A DNA stretch of 64,000 nucleotides from the human T2T-CHM13v2.0 reference genome, Homo sapiens: NCBI RefSeq assembly GCF_009914755.1, contig NC_060928.1. One strand, written 5' to 3'. This document shows, piece after piece, positions 53,771-64,000 of this stretch. The stretch's first letter is position 1. Each line of letters begins with the position of its first letter. The position numbers were made by a program, and so were the translations under genes. The notes under the pieces were generated by a model. It made no database searches and was not told where the DNA came from. It saw only the letters and a list, made by a program, of their open reading frames with translations.

Positions 53771-54551
53771 TGAGAGGTGAAGCCAGCTGGCCTTCCGGGG
53801 TCAAATGGGGACTTGGAGAACTTTTCTGTCTAGCTAGAGGATTGTAAATACACCAATCAGCACTCTGTAAAAACGCACCAATCAGCACTCTGTGTCTAGC
53901 TAAAGGACTGTAAATGCACCAATCATCACTCTGTAAAAACAAACCAATCAGCGCTCTGTGTCTAGCTCAAGGATTGTAAACGCACCAATCAGCACTCTGT
54001 AAAATGGACCAATCGGCACTCTGTAAAATAGACCAATCAGCTCTCTGTAAAATGGACCAATCAGCAGGATGTGGGCAGGGCCAAATAAGGGAATAAAAGC
54101 TGGCCACTGGAGCCAGCAACAGCAACCCACTTGGGTGCCATTCCACAGTGTGGAAGCTTTATTCTTTCGCTCTTCACAATAAATCTTGCTGCTGCTCACT
54201 ATTTGGGTCCGCACTACCTTTATGAGCTGTAACACTCAACTGCAAGGGTCTGCGGCTTCATTCCTGAAGTCAGCAACACCACGAACCCACTGGGAGGAAC
54301 AAACAACTCTGGACATGCCACCTTTTAAGAGCTTTAACACTCACTGGAAGGGTCCGCAGCTTCACTCCTGAACTCAGCAAGACGATGAACCCACCGGAAG
54401 GAACAAACTCCGGACACATCTGAACATCTAAAAGAACAAACTCCGGACACACCATCTTTAAGAACTGTAACACTCACTGTGAGGGTCCACGGCTTCATTC
54501 TTGAAGTCAGCGAGACCAAGAACCCACCGGAAGTAACCAATTCGAGACACA
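53771..54551 (+). mobile_element. LTR12 (ERV9) solo LTR, short LTR12/LTR12F type
   Basis: Starts TGAGAGGTGAAGCCAGCTGG; tandem ACCAATCAGCACTCTGT units; AATAAAA box at ~54093; AATAAA at ~54178; three U5 repeats CT(G/T)TAACACTCA. Confidence 0.95.
53850..54100 (+). promoter_or_regulatory. LTR12 U3 promoter/enhancer with eight CCAAT (NF-Y) boxes
   Basis: CCAATC at about 53853, 53878, 53919, 53944, 53985, 54009, 54033 and 54057, then the TATA-like AATAAAA. Activity at this copy is untested. Confidence 0.65.
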
Positions 54552-54552
54552 G

Positions 54553-54730
54553 TGATAATAATAGTAATGTCTAATACACAAAGAGTACCACTAAATTCCA
54601 GAAATAGCCTACCTTCATTAGTTTTACTCAATATTATGACAATTCATGAAAATCTATTATTATCTTCAGTTTACAGAAAGAAAAACTGAGACTTAGAATA
54701 ATTAAATGAATGGGCCCAGATCTCACAGCA
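54553..54730 (-). mobile_element. MIR
   Basis: TATTATTATCTTCAGTTTACAGAAAGAAAAACTGAGACTTAGA. Confidence 0.65.
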
Positions 54731-55105
54731 TATTAAACTCTTGTCCAACCTCAGAAAAGATGTGCAATAAGATTTATTGTTTGTCAAAGTGTTCATTTTT
54801 TGTTTGGAAATCTGGAGCAGTTTGTGGATCAGGAAATAGCAATGTCATTTTTACATATTAAAATATACTATTTTTTAATGTATGAGATAGGCCAAGATTC
54901 AAAATTTACATGCACTTTTTTGGAAAGGGGAAACAGGCATTGTCTTGCATTGTCAATGGTGTGGTAAATTATTGAGGTGCTATAGGTGGCAATATGGCAA
55001 TCTGACACAGCTATATCACTTTTTAACTCCATATTTCATTGATTCTAAGATACTCATAACCATACTACATTATATTGACTATGAGACATATTTTAACATC
55101 TTTAA

Positions 55106-55425
<320 letters not shown>

Positions 55426-56456
55426 AAAATTGGATATATTAAATAATTGATGGTATATACTATTTATCTTATGCTGTTTTCTCTTTCTTAATGATACCAA
55501 AATAATGCCATATTTTACAATCAAAGGAAAGATTTGGCAAAATGTGGTAAAAAATCTATACATATATTTATACAGATACACACAAATACAAGTAGTGTCA
55601 ACATGGGTATAAGAACTAATGTTAGAAACTATAAAATTAAAAATAAACTGTAATATGCCCATCAATGGAGTGCTTTGCAATCTGAAAAAATAAGCCAGGA
55701 CTACATTAATTTTTTAAGATTACTTTACATTATAATATGTGAGAAAATATGTCAAAGAACACTCTATTTATGTAAAGATCTTGGTTTACATATGGTTTTT
55801 ATCATGGTTGCATCCAGGAGGGAAAGGAGCACAAGCTGATTTTTCATTGTATGCCACTTATAACACTGAATTTTTCTCCAATTGCAAATTTTACCTTTTC
55901 AATAATCAAATACATATTTTAAAATATAATTTCAAAATACTTTCTCTATACCAACTTATGTTAGAACAATTCCTTTTAATTTTGAGATTAATTACTACTA
56001 TATGCCTTCTGAAGAAGTAGTTCTAATTTTTAAGTTTGAGAATATAACCATTATTTTTTCTTCTTTACACTCTTTTCTAAAGTAACAATAAATTAACTGT
56101 ATATTCTGTATCAGATATGTTCTATAATTATTTGAAATGTTAGTATTTATGAAATTGAATTTTTTCTTCAGTTAGTCAAAGTACGATTACATTGGTTAGT
56201 ATGATTTTATTTAGAACAAAATATTTGTTGTTAAATTATTTCTTTTATGGCTATATTTTATTTTGGAAATATACTTATGTTTCCGTTTCAATACTAGCAA
56301 ATGTGGTATCACTTTATCTTTAAATTATCTAAGATAAATTGTACATCCTCTTGACTTTTACTGACCTCTATCAGATTTTTGAGTAATACTTCATCTTTTT
56401 CTCTAGTTTAAAAATTCACTTATAATTTTTCACTTGGTAATTGTACAGTGGTTTTC

Positions 56457-56499
<43 letters not shown>

Positions 56500-56697
56500 C
56501 TTTATATATATATATATCCCTTTATATATATATCCCTTTATATATATATATCCCTTTATATATATATCCATATATATATATCTCTATATATATATACCCA
56601 TATATATATAAAGGGATATATATATATCCCTATATATATATCCCTATATATATATATATATATCCCTATATATATCTCCCTTTATATATATATAAAG
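56457..56697. repeat. (TA)n-based VNTR with TCCC(TTTA) spacers
   Basis: (AT)17, then ~14 units of (TA)nTCCC(TT)TA; inverted units AAGGGATATA at ~56457 and ~56610. Confidence 0.93.
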
Positions 56698-58769
56698 AAA
56701 ACTCTGCTGTGGGATCTGGAAATAACTTCTGTTCTATCAGAAAGTGAAACATATAGAATTAAATGATCAGCGATAGCTTTGGGGCCAAGAGCCTAAAGAG
56801 TTAAACGTGCAAATGATGTTAACCCTAAATAGGCAACAGGAAGGTTCTAAGCCCAGAAACCAAAGAACCATTTTTTTTTACCAACTACAAAAGAATGGAT
56901 CTTGCCTCAGCTATACCTTGTCTTCTATATTTGTTGTTTGTGTAGCAGGAACTAAAAAGCCCTTTGGATACATCCTGGAGTTGTTTACTATCCCTTACGA
57001 AGGCAGAATCTTAGTTTAGAGACTTATCTAATCTTCTTCTTCATTGACACTTTATAGTATGAGCTCCAGTGAGCCATAAAAATGCTCAGTTCATTGTAAA
57101 AAGACCCATCTGTTTCTTTAGGAGGTTTGTTTTATCCAGAGTTTTATATGACTATTGTGACTTTCCTCATGTTCAATGCTTTCTATATTTATTTTTCCTT
57201 TCAACTCTCTTTGGAGAAACAGAATTTGGTGCCCTCCTGTATTTTTAAATTTTTACTATCGACTTCTATCAAAGAGCAGCAATAATGAAATCATGCTGAG
57301 TTTACTTGTTTGGAAAGCTAGAAGTATAATATTTAAAATCTTAAATTGGGAAATCTTGCACAAGTGACTAACCACAAACAGAAAGCTATAATCACATGTT
57401 GAAATGAAAAATGCAAAAAAAAGTCATGCACTTCTCTGCTGTATTTAAGTGTAGGTGTTCCACAGAAAACGAAGCATAAACATTATCAATGTGTTTATTC
57501 TTGTAAAGAATGAACATCTTAATGTCACCCTGAATAAATAATGTGGTTCTTGCTGAATTGATCTCTGAAGAAAGTACAAAGTATATAGCTAGAGGGGCCT
57601 CATTTACTCTGGTGAATAAACTTGTATGCTTGTGTGGGTGTCATATTTATATGCAGATGATCTAAACACCTGGAATCTTTAAAATAAACCATAAACTACT
57701 TACAAACATCTCTGCATTTTGTGTACCAGTAGATAAATATTCACTGATGAAAAGTCATTAGTAACTAATATTTTGTAATTAGTTTTTCTAATATACAAGA
57801 AAGAACACAAAACCTCAAAGTATTCAGTAGAATTATGCCACAGTTTCATGTATAAACTTTCTTTCATCCTGTTTCTTATTTATTAATTTACAAATAAATT
57901 CTGAATTTCCCGATAATATTACTGAAAATGTTGTGTGACACCGACCTCTCCTCTATCTATAATTCCTAAGTGAATATCTAAAGGAGTGTGGCTGAGAAGA
58001 AGGAACAGCATCAGTCCTCTAGGGTCTTTGGATGCAATTTGAAATAGTTCCCAGCAGGTGGTGATGGAGGTTGAATTTGCCAGGTAGTTTACTTTTGATA
58101 CTAGATCTAGAGAGCTCCAGATACACAGGAATGCAAATGATAAACAATCTATATACATGTTTATAACAAGACATGTCAGATAAACCTGAGGTCTATTCCT
58201 ACTCATATGAGATACTGGAGGTTTATATCCAACCTCCAATATCTCCATTTGAATTTGTGCACTTTTTCTATGTATTAATTTAGATCTGCCAATTCACGTG
58301 ATCATCTGAAGACTCCTTTAGGGATAAAAGAAACTTGGATTCAACTGACATTGATGATCTATCATATAAAACATTTCTGGGTGAACATGGACTAAGAACA
58401 TTTAAGCAAACCTCATTGGGGCTCTGACTATTGAAATACTTCAAACTTCAGGGAGTAAAAGAGAACCAGTGATGTGTCTACTACCAGAGTTAAATGTCAT
58501 CTAGTCATGGAATCACCATTTTCCATGGCGGTGGTGTTGGTAGAGATTTGAGGAAAATATCTGTTTCCTTTTGTTTGTGTTGGTGACTCTGTAATTTGAA
58601 AATAATTCATCATTTATAGCAGTAATTTTTGGTCCTTAGACAATTTTGCTGTGGAATACCTCCTGACAGTGTGTAACTTAGAACCATGGGTGCTCAACCT
58701 CTCATATTAAAGCTAGCTCTGATATATGTTATTGAAACACCTACAATGTCTGTAGTCTTCTGTCTTGCA

Positions 58770-59025
58770 TTTAGAAGATATTTATAGAATTCTTGGGCCA
58801 AAGTGTATGAATTTAGTACTGAGATTATTTTTAATATAGTGCCAAATTACTTTCCAGAAATAGCAGTGCAAAGTCACACCAGTGAGTACTCCTGCCAAAA
58901 CACCTTTTTCAGTATTAAATAATATATCTTTTAAAGCTTTTCCAATTGTTGAGGTAAACATGGTATTGTGACTATATATTTTTTCATTAATTCTTAGTGA
59001 GATCAAAAATTTTCCCAAATGTATA
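58770..59025 (-). mobile_element. L1ME fragment
   Basis: GCCAAATTACTTTCCAGAAA...CATGGTATTGTGAC...TTAGTGAGATCAAAAATTTTCCC. Confidence 0.55.
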
Positions 59026-59092
59026 TTGCTCTCTCTCTCTATATATAAATTCTGTTTAGATTATCCTGTTCATTTTATGTAGCAGGCAAGTA

Positions 59093-59172
59093 TCAGGTTG
59101 GTGCAAAAATAATTGCGGTTTTTGCCATTAAATGTAATGACAAAAACCACAATTATTTTTGCACCCAGCAAA
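59093..59172. mobile_element. MADE1 (Hsmar1-derived 80-bp palindromic MITE)
   Basis: TCAGGTTGGTGCAAAAATAATTGCGGTTTTTGCCATTA...TAATGACAAAAACCACAATTATTTTTGCACC, preceded by TA. Confidence 0.95.
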
Positions 59173-59589
59173 ATGTCTTGAAAGATTCCTCTCAGACAAC
59201 ATGCTTGGAAGAAAACAAATTAATCTGTTTAAGAAATGAACAGTGAGTCAGAATAAGGTAGAGAAAAGAAAAGAAGAGACAAGAGTGAGAAGAGAGAAAA
59301 AAAATCACAAGATAAGGAAGCTCTAGCCTAAGGGAAAATGGGGCAAGCTATAATTTTACAGATTCAGGATAGCCAACAACTGAACAACAGAGGTTTCACC
59401 TATACACAGTTTATGATGCTATAATGAATATCACCACCATGAATCAAAAGAAAATGATAATATAAACCCCTAGGAATTTGCATAACATTTGGGACAGCAT
59501 GGGCTTTACCTTTAGAAGCAGGATTCTTACTTTAATCTCTAACTAATTATATTTTTATCATAAAGAGTAACCTCAATTGACCTCCAAGT

Positions 59590-59830
59590 CGGGACAGTAA
59601 TTAAAAGCACAGGTTCTGGAGTCTCACTTCTTTGGTTCATATCCTAGATTCCACAATAACTAGGTTTGTAAACTTAATCTCTCTAAAATTCATCTCATCT
59701 GTCAAATGTAGATAATATTGGCACTTACCTCAAAGGATTCTTACAAGGATTTACTGAAATAATCCTGATAAGATCCTCAGCTCAGTGTCTGACACAAAGT
59801 AAGAGCTCATTAAATGGCAAACATTATTTT
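59590..59830 (+). mobile_element. MIR
   Basis: AGCACAGGTTCTGGAGTC...ACTTAATCTCTCT...CTCATCTGTCAAATG...CAGTGTCTGACACAAAGTAAGAGCTCA. Confidence 0.8.
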
Positions 59831-60638
59831 TATCTTTCTGCATGCATGTGTATATTACATAATCAGGAACAAAGACTTTGTCACAGAAAATACTTTTGTA
59901 TTCTTCAATTTCCACTCAATATTCTAATATGTGTATTTAGAAAGTATGTGTATTTTCTAAGTGCTTTAACATTTTTCAAAATAATGCTTTTGATGGTATC
60001 ATCTGGATATACCTTGTTTTCTTTAATATGTGGTAGTAAAAGCTAATTCCCCAATTTGCATTATATATATGCAGACATAGACATACATATTTGCTGGTAT
60101 AAGTTAAATTATTATTAACTTGTATTTTTGAATAACTAATATAATCAAAATATTTTTATCATTTATTAGCATTGGCATTAACTTTTTCAATTGGCTCTTC
60201 ATAATTTTGCTATTGGTAGCTGATAAAAATTTTTAACTTTACTGAAAAAAGAGCATATGTATTATGCTCTAAGTGAATAACTAACAGATATACTTTTCAT
60301 ATTCAATCTGTTTGCAATGTGAGGATTACTTGATATTTTGCTCCTTTCTATTTGTTTATATTCCAAAGATTTTTAAAGACAGAATTAAGTCAGTTTACAA
60401 GTATATTAGCATTGAAATTAAATATCTAGAAGGAAGTTACAACTAAATATAAAATGCATAACATATAACAAATGCCTACATATTTACTGTGGCAGTGAAT
60501 TTGAGAAAAAGTTCTGATCAATTCAGAAACATTCAAAAGATATATAATAAAAAGAAAACAATTCTTCTGCATGAAAACAAATACTGAAAAATATATATCC
60601 TTTTGAAAAAAACATATGCTCAATTTTTATTTTTCCTA

Positions 60639-61315
<677 letters not shown>

Positions 61316-61339
61316 AGGACTATATGCATTTGGCTGTTT

Positions 61340-61500
61340 TGTTTTGTTTTGCTTACTGTTTATTGTCTGTTTACTGCAATAGAATATAAGCTTCATGACA
61401 GTAGGTATCTTAGCATGTTTACCAATGTATCCTAAGATTCTACAAGATTACTTCACACAAAATTATTGCACTATATATATTTTAAATGTAAAAGTTAATG
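61340..61500 (+). mobile_element. L2 3' end
   Basis: TTTATTGTCTGT...TAGAATATAAGCTTCATGACAGTAGG. Confidence 0.6.
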
Positions 61501-61519
61501 CAAACAAACAAAAAAGTAA

Positions 61520-63190
61520 AATAAACAAGCATATATGTAGCACTCAGCCTAAAAAATAAAAAACTCAACACAGTTGAGCTGAAGTATCCAATACGGTATA
61601 CACATTCTTTATTGAATCTTCATCTTTTCTCCTGCAGAAGGAAAGACTATTTTGAATTTTTAAATTATTATTGTACAGTTACTTACATGTTTATTATAAA
61701 TGACTTTCTTCCAAAGCAATTAATATGCATTACTTTCATATCTTAAAACTTTATATGATGCTTGCTTTTTGTACTTAACATTTTGTTTGTGAAATTCATC
61801 CTTATGGATAATATATTTTCACTGTTCTGCAGTGATCCATTATATGAATGTGTCACTCTTAATGGACTGAACTGCATTGCATCCTACGAAATTCATATGT
61901 TGAATACCTAATCCCCAATGTGATGTATTAGGAAATAGGGCCTCCAAAGAAGTAATCAAGATTAAATGAGATTACAAGAATGGGCCTCTAATTTAATAGG
62001 ACTAGTGTCATTAAAAGAAAAGGGAGAGACACCAGGTTGGTACAAACAGAGAACAGCTCATGTGAGGTCTCAGGAGAACAAAACCTGCTGAAACCTTGAT
62101 CTTGAACTTCCAACTTCCAGAACCCTGAGAAATAAATTTTTGTTATGTAAGCTGTCCAGTCTGTGGTATTTTTTATAGCAGCCTTAGCTGAGTAATACAG
62201 TCACTATGTTTTTTTAATTTTCATGTTACCAGACATTTGGATCCTCTCTGTTTCCCCGGTAAAAACAATTGTAGATGCATGTTTACTTGTTACCTTGTGT
62301 ACATGTGCAAAAAATCCTCTGGGTTGAATACCAAGAGGTAGGATTATTGCAATTTAGAATTTTATTTTTCCAATCTGATGGATAGAGAATACTATCTCAC
62401 TGTGCTTTTAATTTGTACTTTCCTGATTACTAGTAAGGTTAATAATTTTTCATTGGTTAGTGTTCAGTTATGATTCCTCTCATGTGGACATCCTTTTCCA
62501 TATTTGGTCCATTCTCCTGTTGTATTGTCTTCCCTTATTGTCAAAATGCTCCATAGTCTGAATACTATTGGTTGACAGCACAATGCAACATTTTCTGTCT
62601 TTCTGTGTCTTGTCTTGTATGTTTTATGAAATCCTTACAGAAAAAATTTAAATTTTATGATACTTACATTTATCAATAATTTCCTTTGTTTATATTTTAA
62701 TGCTTTAAGAAACCCTTTATTATACTAAGCAATGAAAAGACTAAAATTTACTGTTAAATATTATGAAATTTTGTCTTTTGCTTTGAAATTTTAATCTACC
62801 TAAAAACTGTTTAAATATTGTGTGGAGTAGAGACCCAATTTTATTTTTTTAACTAACATTTAATACACAGCAACATTTCAAGTATAGTTCATATTTTTCC
62901 ACAACTATAAATTTAAAATTTTTATAAATTTCAATTCTTTCACTGCTGTCATTTAAGTTTATTGTTGTATATTTATGTTGCATCAGAATTAACTAATACA
63001 GTATTCACTTATTAATTCTCATAATTTGTCTTTGTAGTATCTTAGGTGTTTTATATGTATAGTCATATAAGTACATATATATTTGTTTTATTTATTATAA
63101 ACTTTTGTCAAGATCAAATGAATTCTGCAATGATGAATAGTGATTTTAAAAACGATTAAAAAAGGTAAAATCCTTTCCCCAAGGAAATTA
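61520..63190 (-). mobile_element. L1ME-type old L1 fragments, split by MLT1A0
   Basis: GTGAAATTCATCC...TCCATTATATGAATGTG...TATCTCACTGTGCTTTTAATTTGTACTTTCCTGATTACTAGTAAGGTT. Confidence 0.6.
61857..62199 (+). mobile_element. MLT1A0 solo LTR
   Basis: AAATTCATATGTTGAA...CCTTGATCTTGAACTTCC...GCAGCCTTAGCTGAGTAATACA; perfect 5-bp TSD GTCAC. Confidence 0.92.
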
Positions 63191-63229
63191 CATTTACAAT
63201 ATTTTTTCTGTTTGTTAATTATACACATA

Positions 63230-63745
63230 TTTCTCTTTACCTTATTAACCTCTCCAACATCACTTCCCTTGAAACAAGGCAGCTTGTCTTTGGGGGATTC
63301 ATTTGATTCTAGAAAGCTGACTCTATTTCCAGGAATATATAACAGAAGCCAATCAGTGCATTAAATCTCTCAAGAATAGTGTTTCATGGGTAGCATGTAA
63401 CCTAAATTGGTTTAATCAGAATAACTCTCAGAATTTCATGATAATTCTGGAACAAAGATACTTTCTCATCCTTGAAAACATGAATAAGGGATAATGTAAG
63501 CTTAAGAACTGGTGACTAACCGTTGTGGAGAAAGAAGGAAAGAAGCTTTGAAGAAAATTAACTTCTTGACAAGCGGAGTGGAAAACTAAATAAAAAAAAA
63601 TCGTTTGGTAACATGTTTGAGTTATCCTGGATCATGTCTTATTTGATTTATGTGATGCCAACCCAACCTCAGGACTTCTAACTTACATACCCCAATACAC
63701 TTTCTTATTAAAAATCATTTTGATTAGGATTTTCCATTACTGTGG
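63230..63745 (+). mobile_element. MLT1J-like LTR
   Basis: AAGCCAATCAGTGCA...GCATGTAACCTAAATTGG...CCTGGATCA...GGACTTCTAACTTACAT...GGATTTTCCATTAC. Confidence 0.5.
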
Positions 63746-64000
63746 TTTATTTTAATAAAAAAATAGGTATATAAAATACAGATTTAGTTTCTCATAGAAA
63801 AAAGATTATCTCTACCAGAATACAAGCTCTGAGATGAAGGAAGGCTATTATCAATAAAATAAAAAATAACACAAGAACTAGAATATAGGAAATGCATGGA
63901 CATGATTTTAATAAAAAAGAATGACATAAACCTATTTATTGTGGCCGAATTGTGTGACACACACAAAAAAACACACCTTGTAAGCCTTTGGTATCAAACT

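Noticed and set aside
53850-54540. Regularly spaced repeats that superficially resemble a CRISPR array
   Set aside because: These are the normal U3 CCAAT and U5 tandem repeats of LTR12; there are no unique spacers or cas genes, and the DNA is primate.
56434-56766. 110-aa and 99-aa Ile/Tyr-rich ORFs
   Set aside because: Translation artefacts of the (TA)n VNTR.

Overview
AT-rich primate (human-like) non-coding DNA. I estimate roughly 60% is interspersed repeat: 11 Alus (J, S and Y), several L1 fragments of different ages on both strands, a complete THE1 MaLR provirus with both LTRs and target-site duplication (TSD), solo LTRs (LTR12/ERV9, MER50, THE1, MSTB, several MLT1), an ERVL internal remnant, DNA transposons (Tigger1, Tigger2a/MER8, MER82, MER3, MER5, MADE1), MIR/L2 relics and AT-rich minisatellites. 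I see no protein-coding gene, structural RNA gene or CpG island. Every ORF in the track that resembles a protein is a decayed L1 ORF2, Tigger1 transposase, THE1-int or Alu reading frame. I found no convincing new biological system. The least-explained structure is a set of local copy events: a 35-bp inverted copy inserted into an L1 from 1.8 kb away, a 31-bp-stem pre-miRNA-sized hairpin at an MLT1 edge, an ~80-bp LTR-junction duplication hidden by an AluSp insertion, a fold-back inside L1 ORF2, and an ancient fragment lodged beside a MER8 inside a younger L1. Repeat subfamily names come from recalled consensus sequences, not a database search. Boundaries of old elements are approximate (about +/-20-50 bp).
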